In this document: positions 28,778-38,076 of the stretch, in pieces
Layout of the letters: each line of letters starts with the position of its first letter
How positions within the stretch are numbered: the stretch's first letter is position 1
From: Armatimonadota bacterium
GTDB taxonomy: Bacteria > Armatimonadota > Fimbriimonadia > Fimbriimonadales > GBS-DC
Length of the DNA: 64,000 nt
Direction: 5' to 3'
NCBI GenBank assembly: GCA_037444405.1
Contig: JBBIML010000009.1
Location: forward strand, 64,001 to 128,000
Program-made: the position numbers and the translations under genes
The notes under the pieces: generated by a model
Told to the model about the DNA's origin: nothing
Databases searched by the model: none
The model's input: the letters and a program-made list of their open reading frames with translations, nothing else

Positions 28778-31410
28778 GGCTCTTTCGGCTTTTCGGGATT
28801 GCCATCGGCAGGCGGTTTCTGGCTGGTGAGCGCGTTCAGGCGGCGTTTCACATCCTCGTTGTTCGGGAAGTTCTCGCTCAGCTGGCGCAGCAGCTGCACG
28901 GCGCGTTCACGGTTGCCCAGCTGCTCATAGAGCGTGACGATTTTGAGACCGGTGGAGACTTCATCGGGGAAGGCGCGGAAGAGGGCTTCGTAGGCACGCA
29001 GGGCGTCCAGCGTGGTGCCGTACTCGTCGGCGCGGATCGCCCAGCTGCGCAGGATAACCGAATCGTTTGGCGTCAGCTGTGCCAGTCGCGCATAAATTGG
29101 CAGGGTCTCTTTGTAGCGTTTGAGTTCCTCCAGCAGGCTCAATTGCAATTGGAGCAGAGGCACATCGTCGGGTCGCTGGCGCAGGCGGTCTTGCAGCCAG
29201 CGGAGCGCGTCTTCGGCGCGGTTGGAGCGTCGCAGCCACTCCACATAGGCTTTCGCCGCCTCCTGACCTTTTGTGTCGCGCCCTGCCAGCCGCTCAATGA
29301 AAGCGATATAGTCCGTTTCGCGCTTCAGCTCGGCGGCGAGTCGCTCGGTGAGCGGGTAGAGGCTGATGTCGTCCGGGTTCGTTTCCAGCGCTTTGAGCAG
29401 GGTGTTCCATGCCGACTCTTTATCCCCTATCTGCTGCTGGAGGTCGGCAATCTGGTAGAGCGTCCAGGTGCGGCTGGGGTTGAGCTGGTGCGCCTTCTGG
29501 AACGCCTGCAGCGCCTCCTGCAAGCGGTTCAACTGGCGGTAGATCAGCCCCAGCTCCTGATAGAGGGCTTCGAGCATGGCTTTCGGCTCTTTGCCATTCC
29601 CTGCGGGCGGGGGTGTGCCGCTTTGAGGTTTGTGGATCGCCTCAGCAGAGGGGCGCGGTTCCCGCGCCCCTCCTTCGCGTGCACGGCTTTCCAGCGTGCG
29701 AATCGCCTGCTGATATTCCTGAATCGCCTGCTCGGCGCGATTGTTCTGGATCAGCACGATGGCGAGCATGTTCAGGTAGCGGTAGCCGTGCTTCTGGATG
29801 CAGTCGCGCAGGAAGGCGATAGCGTCGTCGACGCGATTGGCTTGCGTATACATCTCGACGGCGCTGGAGATGGCTAACTCGCTCGGTTCGGGCTGGAGCG
29901 CCTGCTGGCGGTAGAGTTTGCCCGCTTCGTCGATCTGTCCCAGCTGGCGGTACATGGCGGCGGCGCCCAGCGCGGCGGGCGTGTTCAGCGGCTGCTGCTC
30001 CAGCACCTTGAGGTAGAGCTGGAGCGCGTCGGCATATTGCTGGCGCCGCTCCAGCAGGCGCGCCTTGCCCAGCAGTGCGCCCAGCTCGTCGGGTGTCTGC
30101 TGGAGGATCAAATCGTACTGTTTCGCGGCGTCGTCCAGCCGTCCCAGCCGGCTGAGAAACCGGGCATACTCACGGCGCAGCTCGGTGTTGTTAGGGAACT
30201 TTTCGAGCAGGCTTTTGTACTCCTGCTCGGCGAGGATGTTATTGTTGTGGCGTTCGTAGATTCGTGCAATGTGCAGGCGTGGTGTAGGGTCGTCGGGGAG
30301 GTTTTCCGCCCAGCGGCGCAGAAAGGGCAGAATCTCCTGCTCGGCTTCCTGCAGTTGCAGAATCTGGAACTGTCCCTCGTAGGCGCGTCGGTTGCGCGGG
30401 CTGTATTTCAGTACCTCGGCGAAGTGTTCACGCGCCTTGCCGTATTCTTTGAGGTTCAGCTCGCAAAGGGCGATATCGGTGAGCGTCTCCCAGTAGCGTG
30501 GGTCGTCGGGTTTGAGCAGCTGGAAAGCGCGTCCCAGATAGGGCAGCGCCTCGCGATAGCGTTTCAGTTCCATCAGCATCAGCCCCGCGCCCAGATGGGC
30601 TTCGATATTGTTCGGGTAAATCTGCGCGAGGTGCTGATAATCGGCGAGCGCGTTGGCTGGCTCCTGCGCCCGGATAAACAGTTCGGCGCGTTTGAGGCGG
30701 GTGGGCAGGTCGTCGGGGTCGCGCTTGAGGGCTTCAGTATAGGCGCGTATCGCCTCGCGCGGCTCATTCAGCGCCTCGCAGGTCATTCCCAGCGCTTTCC
30801 ATGCGGTGGTGTAGTCGGGCTTGAGCTGCACCGTCTTCTGAAGGTGCTGGCGTGCATCCGAATAGCGTTTGAGCTGATACGCCGCGATGCCGAGATTGTA
30901 ATGGATTCGGAAGTCGTTCGGGCGCGCTTTGACAGCTCTGGAAAACTCGGCGTAGGCGGTTTGCCAGTTCTCGCGCAGGGCGGCGAGCGAGCCAGCGAGC
31001 AGGGGCAACTCGGGATGGGTGCCGAATCGGTCGCGCAGCATGCGCAGGTAGCCTTCCGCCTCCTCCAGACGGTTGCGGTCGAGCGCCAGTCGGGTCAGCT
31101 CTATTAGCGGCGTGGGATTGCGCGGGTCTAACTGCACGGCGCGACGCAGATGGTGAGCGGCTTTGTCGAGCTGACCCTGCATGCGATAGACCAGCCCCAG
31201 ATTGAGATGGGCGGGCGCCAGGTTCGGTTGCTCCTTCAGTATCTGGCGCAACAACTGGGCAGCGGGTTCATACTTGCCCTGTCGTGCCAGCGCAATCGCG
31301 CGGTCAAACCGTTGCTGGAGGCTCTGCACGCTCGAACTTCGGTTTTGCTGCGCCAGACTCAGCGCCATCACCAGACACGCCCAGCCAGCAAGCCACGCCA
31401 TTCGCCTCAT
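28774..31410 (-). CDS. exported tetratricopeptide-repeat protein
   Basis: Signal peptide followed by many 34-aa TPR units. Confidence 0.9.
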   Translation of the reverse strand: MRRMAWLAGWACLVMALSLAQQNRSSSVQSLQQRFDRAIALARQGKYEPAAQLLRQILKEQPNLAPAHLNLGLVYRMQGQLDKAAHHLRRAVQLDPRNPTPLIELTRLALDRNRLEEAEGYLRMLRDRFGTHPELPLLAGSLAALRENWQTAYAEFSRAVKARPNDFRIHYNLGIAAYQLKRYSDARQHLQKTVQLKPDYTTAWKALGMTCEALNEPREAIRAYTEALKRDPDDLPTRLKRAELFIRAQEPANALADYQHLAQIYPNNIEAHLGAGLMLMELKRYREALPYLGRAFQLLKPDDPRYWETLTDIALCELNLKEYGKAREHFAEVLKYSPRNRRAYEGQFQILQLQEAEQEILPFLRRWAENLPDDPTPRLHIARIYERHNNNILAEQEYKSLLEKFPNNTELRREYARFLSRLGRLDDAAKQYDLILQQTPDELGALLGKARLLERRQQYADALQLYLKVLEQQPLNTPAALGAAAMYRQLGQIDEAGKLYRQQALQPEPSELAISSAVEMYTQANRVDDAIAFLRDCIQKHGYRYLNMLAIVLIQNNRAEQAIQEYQQAIRTLESRAREGGAREPRPSAEAIHKPQSGTPPPAGNGKEPKAMLEALYQELGLIYRQLNRLQEALQAFQKAHQLNPSRTWTLYQIADLQQQIGDKESAWNTLLKALETNPDDISLYPLTERLAAELKRETDYIAFIERLAGRDTKGQEAAKAYVEWLRRSNRAEDALRWLQDRLRQRPDDVPLLQLQLSLLEELKRYKETLPIYARLAQLTPNDSVILRSWAIRADEYGTTLDALRAYEALFRAFPDEVSTGLKIVTLYEQLGNRERAVQLLRQLSENFPNNEDVKRRLNALTSQKPPADGNPEKPKEP

Positions 31411-31501
31411 CGACCGAAGTATACCCCTTTCGAACCCCTCGAAAACCCCGAATCAGGACTAAAGTCCCTACCAAAGCCGCTATACCAGTAGTTATACTGG
31501 G

Positions 31502-31861
31502 GTTAACAAGATGCGCGGGGACAAAAGATTGCCGTGGCGCCAGCGCGAGTTGACAGGGCACCGTCCCGATGCGCCCCATGTCGATGGGATAAAGTCTCTC
31601 GCAGGCTCGCGACGGTCTGTGAGAGCAGTCCCATAAAATCGGGAACTGCTAAGAGCAGAAATTCGTAAACAGGGACTGAAGTCTCTGCACAACGGCACTG
31701 CTGACAGGATAGAAACGGAGGCAGTGCCGGGTGGGAGGGGAAGCGATTTAAACGGGTACAGGCTGCCCATGCAATGTCGTGAGGCTTTGCTCCCAAAGAC
31801 AGGGGATCGTCCCTGCCGTGCCTGCCAAGCCGGGCGGTTGTCCAGCCGCCCGGCTCTTTTT
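31502..31861 (+). ncRNA. candidate ~350-nt structured ncRNA of unknown class
   Basis: No credible ORF; TATACT at about 31493; multiple hairpins; ends in a terminator. Confidence 0.4.
31828..31861 (+). terminator. intrinsic terminator
   Basis: AGCCGGGCGGTTG/CAGCCGCCCGGCT stem followed by CTTTTT. Confidence 0.8.
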
Positions 31862-31906
31862 CATTTGCAGGAATATGCGCTCGCATAGCGAATCGGTTGT
31901 TAAGTT

Positions 31907-32818
31907 ATGAAAGTGGTGGTGGCTGGTGGCACGGGTTTCATCGGGCGGGCGGTGGTTCAGGCGTGTGTAGGGCAATACGCCGTCGTGGTGCTGACCCGCG
32001 AGGGCGCAGGCGCCCGCGCCCGATTGCCCGCCGAAGTTGAGCTGGTGCGCTGGGATGGTCGCACGCTGGGGGAGTGGGTGTCGGCGCTGGAGGGCGCAGG
32101 CGCGATCATCAATCTCACAGGCGAGAATATTGCCCGGCGATGGACGCCCGCGGTCAAGCAGCGCCTGCGCGAGAGCCGAATCGGACCCGCACAGTTGCTA
32201 ACGGAAGCCCTCGCGCAGGTGCAACACCGTCCCAGCGCATTGTTGCAAGCCTCAGCAATCGGCATCTATGACCAGAATCCGAACCTTGAGCTGGACGAGA
32301 ACGGCGCGTTCGGGCACGACTTCCTGGCGAATCTGGCAAAGGAGTGGGAGGCGGCGGCGCGACTTGCCGAATCGCTCGGCGTGCGCGTGTGCTGGATGCG
32401 ATTCGGCGTGGTGCTTGGGCAGGGTGGCGGCATTATGCAGCGCCTGCTGACGCCGTTCCGATGGGGTCTGGGCGGTCCAATTGGCTCTGGCAAGCAGTGG
32501 CTCTCATGGATTCATCTTGCTGATGTGGTGGGCGCGGTGCTGTTCCTGCTGGAGCGTGCGGACCTGTCAGGCGCGTTCAACTTCACTGCGCCGAACCCCG
32601 TGACGATGGACGAGTTCGCCCGTACGCTGGGCAGGGTGCTGGATCGTCCTGCGTCGTTGCGCGTGCCCGCCTTCGCGTTGCGGCTGATTTTCGGACGCGA
32701 GCTGGCGGAAACGCTGCTGATGGGTTCGCGCGTGCTGCCCCGCCGACTGCTCGCTGCAGGCTATGAGTTTCACTATCCCCATCTGGAGAGCGCGCTTAAG
32801 GCGGTGATCAACCCGTGA
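31907..32818 (+). CDS. TIGR01777 family NAD-dependent epimerase/oxidoreductase
   Basis: GGTGFIG, INLTGENI, GSGKQWLSWIH, DUF1731-like C-terminus. Confidence 0.92.
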   Translation: MKVVVAGGTGFIGRAVVQACVGQYAVVVLTREGAGARARLPAEVELVRWDGRTLGEWVSALEGAGAIINLTGENIARRWTPAVKQRLRESRIGPAQLLTEALAQVQHRPSALLQASAIGIYDQNPNLELDENGAFGHDFLANLAKEWEAAARLAESLGVRVCWMRFGVVLGQGGGIMQRLLTPFRWGLGGPIGSGKQWLSWIHLADVVGAVLFLLERADLSGAFNFTAPNPVTMDEFARTLGRVLDRPASLRVPAFALRLIFGRELAETLLMGSRVLPRRLLAAGYEFHYPHLESALKAVINP

Positions 32819-33717
32819 TTCGCGCCTTCCGCTGGCAGGCGATGGGCACCGATTACGAACTCTATCTGGTGGAGCCTGATGAGCGCCATGCGGAGGCAAT
32901 CGCGGGCGAGCTGCGTGAGGAGGTAAAGCGTCTGGAGCGCCAGCTCAGCCTCTATCAGCCCGATAGCGACCTGAACTATCTGAATGCGCACGCTGCCCGC
33001 GAGCCTGTGCGCGTCGAGCCGGGGCTGTTCCAGCTCCTGCAGACCTGCAAGACGCTCTGGGAACAGACGGAGGGCGCGTTTGACCCGACCGTCACCCCGC
33101 TGTTGCGCCTATGGGGTTTCGTGGATCGGTGCTATCGCGTGCCGTCGCCTGACGAGATTGCCGATGCGCTGGAGCGGGTCGGCATGGAGTGGGTGCTGCT
33201 GGACCCCGAGGGGCGATGGGTGTATTATGCCCGTGAGGGAGTGGAACTCAGTTTCGGCGCGATTGGCAAGGGCTGGGCTATCGACTCGTGCGTTCAGCGG
33301 CTGAAGCAGCTCGGCGTTCAGGCAGCGATGCTGTCGGCAGGCGGCAGCACCTTTTACGCGTTGGGCGCGCCGCCCGACGCCGACGGCTGGCGCGTCGAAA
33401 TCCCGCCTAACCAACCCCTCTCCCCCACAGGCGGGGGAGAGAGTACGGGTGAGGGGGCATCTCGAACAGCCCTCTCTTTGCGCGACCGCGCGCTCTCCAC
33501 ATCGGGCGGCAGCGAGCAGTTTTTTGAGGTGGACGGCGTCCGCTACGCGCACATCCTTGACCCGCGCACAGGCTATCCTGCGAACGCCTGCCGCAGTGTG
33601 TCGGTGAGTGCGCCGAGCGCAACGCTGAGCGACGCGCTCAGCACAGCATTCTTCGTCGGTGGACAGGATTTAATCGCCCGCTGGCGACAGCGAGATGATT
33701 CGATAGAGGCTTTTTAA
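32815..33717 (+). CDS. apbE: FAD:protein FMN transferase (ApbE family)
   Basis: AMGT, TEGAFDPT, GAIGKG, STSG, HILDPRTG, DALSTA. Confidence 0.92.
   Translation: MIRAFRWQAMGTDYELYLVEPDERHAEAIAGELREEVKRLERQLSLYQPDSDLNYLNAHAAREPVRVEPGLFQLLQTCKTLWEQTEGAFDPTVTPLLRLWGFVDRCYRVPSPDEIADALERVGMEWVLLDPEGRWVYYAREGVELSFGAIGKGWAIDSCVQRLKQLGVQAAMLSAGGSTFYALGAPPDADGWRVEIPPNQPLSPTGGGESTGEGASRTALSLRDRALSTSGGSEQFFEVDGVRYAHILDPRTGYPANACRSVSVSAPSATLSDALSTAFFVGGQDLIARWRQRDDSIEAF
33415..33457. repeat. CCCTCTCCC..GGGAGAG..GGGTGAGGG palindromic element inside apbE
   Basis: Near-identical to the intergenic copy at 60847-60888. Confidence 0.75.
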
Positions 33718-33775
33718 AAGAGTTGGAGCGCGCCCCCTTTGCAGGAGCGCGCCCCAGCGGAGGAGGTTCAGGAAG

Positions 33776-34255
33776 TTATTTCTCGACCTGCACCTGCACG
33801 ACGCGCGGCTTCGCGCCCTCCGCCTTGGGCAGGTGAATCTCCAGAATGCCGTTGCGGTACACCGCCTTCACCTTCTTCTCGTCGATGGCGGTCGGCACGG
33901 TGTACGAGACGCTGAATTTGCCGTACCCGCCCAGGCGGCTGATGTAGTGCGCGGTGACATTCTCGCCCTCCAGCAGCGGCTTGCGCTCGCCCGACACCGT
34001 CACGGTGCCATCGGCAATCTCCACATGCAGGTCTTTCTCGCTCACGCCTGGCGCCGTGACGAACATCACGAACTCGTCGGGCGTCTCATACACATCCAGC
34101 GCAGGCGAGAACTCGAACGCCTCCGCGCGTGCAGGTCGCAGATCAAAGAAGCGATTGAACAGCTCGTCCATCTCGCGGCGGAACTGCTCCAGCTCACGGA
34201 ATGGATTCCAGGTCATCAGCGCACTCTCCGGCTCGCGTCGTACCAGCATACGCAT
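33776..34255 (-). CDS. Hsp20/alpha-crystallin small heat-shock protein
   Basis: PALDVYET, VSGERK, AVYRNGILEIHLPK. Confidence 0.93.
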   Translation of the reverse strand: MRMLVRREPESALMTWNPFRELEQFRREMDELFNRFFDLRPARAEAFEFSPALDVYETPDEFVMFVTAPGVSEKDLHVEIADGTVTVSGERKPLLEGENVTAHYISRLGGYGKFSVSYTVPTAIDEKKVKAVYRNGILEIHLPKAEGAKPRVVQVQVEK

Positions 34256-34402
34256 TGTCTGCTCACCTCCTGTGTCCGATTTGAGTATCTTATTGGAAGG
34301 TCTCCTGAGTGCCTTCCACTCACCTTATACGGAGAGGGGCGTCAAAAAGTTCCCGGGCGTGCGTCTGGTATACTTCCGTGCTGGCGGAAGGAGCGAAAAC
34401 GC

Positions 34403-35902
34403 ATGGAGGCATTTGGGATACCGCAGGTCGAATGGAGCGTGCTGGCGCCCCTGATGATCGTGGTGGGCACGGCGCTCGTGGTGCTGATCGGGGAGCTGTT
34501 CCTGCCGCGGGGTCAGCACGCGCCACTGATGCTGATGGGCTTGCTGGGACTGGCGCTGGCAGCCTATTTTCAGGCGGCGCTGTGGGGTTCCAGCCTCTCC
34601 ACATGGGCGGACACCGCACTCACCGACAATATCGCCACCCTGCTCAATCTGGTGATACTGGTCTCCAGTGGGCTGGTGCTGCTGTTCGCGGATGACTATT
34701 TGCGGGCGCGCAACATCCGTTATGGCGAGTTTTACCCGCTCCTGTTGTTCGCGACGGCGGGCGCGATGACCATGACCATCAGCACGAACCTGATGGTGGT
34801 TTTTCTGGGGCTGGAGGTGATGTCGCTTGCGCTCTATGTGCTGGCAGGGCTGGCGCGAGCGGAGGTGCGTTCGGAGGAGGCGGCGATCAAATATTTCCTG
34901 CTGGGCGCGTTCGCGTCGGCGTTCCTGCTGTATGGCATCGCGCTGCTGTACGGCGCGACGGGCACAGTTGACCTGCGCGAGCTGGGCGCACGCTGGCTGA
35001 CGACCGTGCCCGGCGAGAGCGCGCACGCGCTGCTGATTGCCAGCCTGGTGCTGATTCTGATCGGGCTGGGCTTCAAGGCGGCGCTTGTGCCGTTCCATAT
35101 GTGGACGCCCGATGTGTATCAGGGTGCGCCGACGGTCGCCACCGCGCTGATGGCGGCTATCTCCAAAGTGGCGGCGTTCGCCGTGCTGATGCGGCTGCTG
35201 AGCGCGGCGATGCCGATGATGACGCTCTGGGCGCCGATTCTATGGTGGCTGGCGGCGCTATCGATGGTGGTGGGCAATCTGGCAGCGTTGCTCCAGCGCG
35301 ACGCCAAGCGGATGTTAGCCTATTCCAGCATCGGGCACGCAGGCTACCTCGCGGTCGGGCTGGTGAGCATGAACGCGACGGGGCTGACAGGTGTGCTGTT
35401 CTATCTGGCGTCGTATGCGCTGATGACGATAGGCGCGTTTGGGGTGCTGTCGCTGATGGCGCGGGCGGGCGACGCCACCACCATCGACGCGCTGCGCGGG
35501 CTATCGCGCCGCCAGCCGCTGACCGCGTTCGCGATGGCAATCTTTCTGCTCGCGCTGGCGGGCATCCCGCCCACAGCGGGCTTCTGGGGCAAGTGGTATC
35601 TGTTTCTGGGCGCGCTGGAGGCGGGTCAAACGCTGCTGACGGTGCTGCTCGCGCTCACCAGCGTGGTGGGTGCGGCGTACTACCTGCGCCTGCTGCTTAG
35701 CCTCTATGCGGAGCCTGTCGATGCGCCCGCGCCCCGCTGGAGCCTGCCCCTGCCGATGGCTATCTGCCTGCTTGCCTGTATGATCGGACTGGTGGGGCTG
35801 GGCATCGTGCCGCGCCCGCTCGCCGAATCGAGCCGCCAGGCAGTCAGCCAGCTGCAGACCGTGCTGCCCGAAGGATCGCTCAAGGCGTGGGGACGCAGGT
35901 AA
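34403..35902 (+). CDS. nuoN: NADH-quinone oxidoreductase subunit N
   Basis: EAAIKYFLLG, FKAALVPFHMWTPDVYQGAP, KRMLAYSSIGHAGY, LAGIPPTAGF. Confidence 0.93.
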   Translation: MEAFGIPQVEWSVLAPLMIVVGTALVVLIGELFLPRGQHAPLMLMGLLGLALAAYFQAALWGSSLSTWADTALTDNIATLLNLVILVSSGLVLLFADDYLRARNIRYGEFYPLLLFATAGAMTMTISTNLMVVFLGLEVMSLALYVLAGLARAEVRSEEAAIKYFLLGAFASAFLLYGIALLYGATGTVDLRELGARWLTTVPGESAHALLIASLVLILIGLGFKAALVPFHMWTPDVYQGAPTVATALMAAISKVAAFAVLMRLLSAAMPMMTLWAPILWWLAALSMVVGNLAALLQRDAKRMLAYSSIGHAGYLAVGLVSMNATGLTGVLFYLASYALMTIGAFGVLSLMARAGDATTIDALRGLSRRQPLTAFAMAIFLLALAGIPPTAGFWGKWYLFLGALEAGQTLLTVLLALTSVVGAAYYLRLLLSLYAEPVDAPAPRWSLPLPMAICLLACMIGLVGLGIVPRPLAESSRQAVSQLQTVLPEGSLKAWGRR

Positions 35903-35911
35903 ACTTTACCT

Positions 35912-37261
35912 ATGTTCGAAAGCCTGACTGATAAGCTGCAGGGCATTTTTGAGCGCATTCGCGGGCGCGGGCGGCTCGATGAGAAGACCGTCGACGAGGT
36001 GCTGCGCGAAATCCGCCTCGCCCTGCTCGAAGCCGATGTGAACTTCCGCGTGGTCAAGGAGTTCATCGCCCGCGTGCGCGAGAAAGCGGTCGGCGAGGAG
36101 GTGCTGAAAAGCCTCACGCCCGACCAGCAGGTGATACGAATCGTGCGCGACGAGCTGATTGCGCTGCTGGGCGGTGAGGCGGAGCCGCTCCACTGGGCGG
36201 CGCAGCCCCCGACCGTGCTGATGCTCTGCGGTCTGCAAGGCTCCGGCAAGACCACCACCGCTGCCAAGCTCGCGCGCTGGCTGCGCTCGCAGGGGCGCAA
36301 CCCGCTGCTGGTGGCTGCCGACCTGCAACGCCCCGCCGCCATCAAGCAACTGGAGGTGCTGGGTCAGCAAATCGGCACGCCCGTGTTCACCCCCGCGCAG
36401 GGCAACGCCACCGACGCCATCCAGACCGCCCAGCAAGCCGTCGCCTATGCCCGCGCGAACGGTCTCGACTGCGCCGTGCTGGACACCGCCGGACGCCTGC
36501 AAATCAACGAAGCGCTCATGCAGGAACTCCAGCGCGTCAAAGCCGCCGTTCAACCCCACGAGATTCTGCTGGTGGTCGACGCCACCACGGGTCAGGAGGC
36601 GGTGAATGTGGCGCAGGCGTTCCACGAGCAACTGGGGTTGACAGGCGTGATTCTGACCAAGATGGACGGCGACGCGCGTGGGGGCGCCGCACTCTCCATC
36701 AAAGCGGTGGTGGGCAAGCCTGTGCGATTCATCGGCACAGGCGAACGCGTCGACGCGCTCGAACCGTTCTACCCTGACCGAATCGCCAGCCGCATTCTCG
36801 GCATGGGCGATGTGCTGTCGCTGATTGAGCGCGTGGAGCAGACCATCCAGGAAGAAGAGGCACGCCAGCTGGAGAAAAAGATGCGTGAGGCGCGCCTCGA
36901 TTTCAACGACCTGCTCCAGCAGATTCGCCAGATTCAGCGCATGGGACCGTTCGAACAGCTGCTCCAGCTGCTGCCGGGCTTCTCGCAGATTAAAAGCCAG
37001 CTGGGTGAGGTGGCGGTCGATGACCGTGCGCTCAAGCGGGCGGAGGCGATTATCCTTTCGATGACGCCGCAGGAGCGTCGCCACCCGGAGATTTTAGATT
37101 ACAGTCGCAAGTTGCGGATTGCGCGGGGCAGTGGCACGCGCCTGGAGGAGGTGAGCGCGCTGGTGCGCCAGCTGATGGAGATGCGCCGCCTGATGAAGCA
37201 GTTCACGCGGCAGGAAGGGCAGCTCCGCCGCCGCAAATGGCACCCCTTCAAACGGCGCTGA
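35912..37261 (+). CDS. ffh: signal recognition particle protein Ffh
   Basis: GLQGSGKTT, DTAGR, TKMDGDARGG, M-domain IILSMTPQER. Confidence 0.97.
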   Translation: MFESLTDKLQGIFERIRGRGRLDEKTVDEVLREIRLALLEADVNFRVVKEFIARVREKAVGEEVLKSLTPDQQVIRIVRDELIALLGGEAEPLHWAAQPPTVLMLCGLQGSGKTTTAAKLARWLRSQGRNPLLVAADLQRPAAIKQLEVLGQQIGTPVFTPAQGNATDAIQTAQQAVAYARANGLDCAVLDTAGRLQINEALMQELQRVKAAVQPHEILLVVDATTGQEAVNVAQAFHEQLGLTGVILTKMDGDARGGAALSIKAVVGKPVRFIGTGERVDALEPFYPDRIASRILGMGDVLSLIERVEQTIQEEEARQLEKKMREARLDFNDLLQQIRQIQRMGPFEQLLQLLPGFSQIKSQLGEVAVDDRALKRAEAIILSMTPQERRHPEILDYSRKLRIARGSGTRLEEVSALVRQLMEMRRLMKQFTRQEGQLRRRKWHPFKRR

Positions 37262-37267
37262 GGCGCG

Positions 37268-37936
37268 CTACTCCAGCGGGATCAGGCGGATGTTGCGGAA
37301 GTGGATTTCGCCCCCTTCCGATTGGAGCGCGATTTTGCCCGGTCGCACCTCCGCGCCCCAGCCCTCGTTCACCACCTCGCCGTTCACCTTGAGTGTGATG
37401 CGGTCGCCGTTCACGATAATCTCGTACTCGTTCCATTCAGGCGCAGGCTTCTCGGCGGTCTTCTTGCGCCAGCGGTGGCGCGGCGCGTTCTTGTCGACAT
37501 ATTCGGGATCGGTCTCCAGCGGCGCGCCGTCAATCAGCCAGAAGTCGCCCGAATTCATATACATCAGCTGTGCCTCAATAGAGCGCGGCCAGATTTTATG
37601 CTCGCCATGCACGCGCAACAGCACGCCGCTGTTGCCCGGCTGCTTGCCCGGCGCCCATCGCCACTCCAGCTTCAAAATGAAGTTCGTGTAATCCTTTCGG
37701 GTGTAGATGTAGCCGGGCGGAGAGCCTTTGCAGATGAGGATGCCCTGCTCTTTGTCCACGCTCCACACATCCTCCATCTTCGCGTTCGGGTCCGCCAGAT
37801 AGTAATCCCAGCCCGACAGGTCTTTACCGTTGAAGAGTTTGATCTCTTTGCCTGCAGGTTTGGGCTGCTGCTGAAGCCCGAAGCCTGTCAGCAGACCAAT
37901 CAGCAACAGCGTGCCGATAAAGCCGTAGAGTCGCAT
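37268..37936 (-). CDS. exported DUF1080 (3-keto-disaccharide hydrolase-like) protein
   Basis: LFNGKDLSGW, NSGV, EWNEYEI, IALQSEG, FRNIRL. Confidence 0.9.
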   Translation of the reverse strand: MRLYGFIGTLLLIGLLTGFGLQQQPKPAGKEIKLFNGKDLSGWDYYLADPNAKMEDVWSVDKEQGILICKGSPPGYIYTRKDYTNFILKLEWRWAPGKQPGNSGVLLRVHGEHKIWPRSIEAQLMYMNSGDFWLIDGAPLETDPEYVDKNAPRHRWRKKTAEKPAPEWNEYEIIVNGDRITLKVNGEVVNEGWGAEVRPGKIALQSEGGEIHFRNIRLIPLE

Positions 37937-38076
37937 CGTTTTCCCTCCTCATCAGGGGATTTCGGGACGGGAGGGCAATCTCCTGCTTTCTGGTGTATAA
38001 TGACCTCTAACAGGGGGCACAGCAGGGAACCACTGGAGGGGATGATTCGTTCCAGAAACCTCTGGAGGAGGGACAC

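Noticed and set aside
31755..31825. Minus-strand resemblance to a c-di-GMP-I riboswitch (GGGAGCAAAGCC...CAGCC)
   Set aside because: Lacks the GCAAACC/GAAA tetraloop P2 and its receptor; the adjacent terminator is oriented for the + strand
31502..31861. tmRNA, RNase P or SRP RNA (similar size)
   Set aside because: No tRNA-like ends, no GAGGAAAGUCC, no SRP domain IV motif
33833..34402. 190-aa N-terminal extension of NuoN in the ORF track
   Set aside because: Antisense shadow of the Hsp20 gene; RBS and ATG at 34403 give a normal-length NuoN
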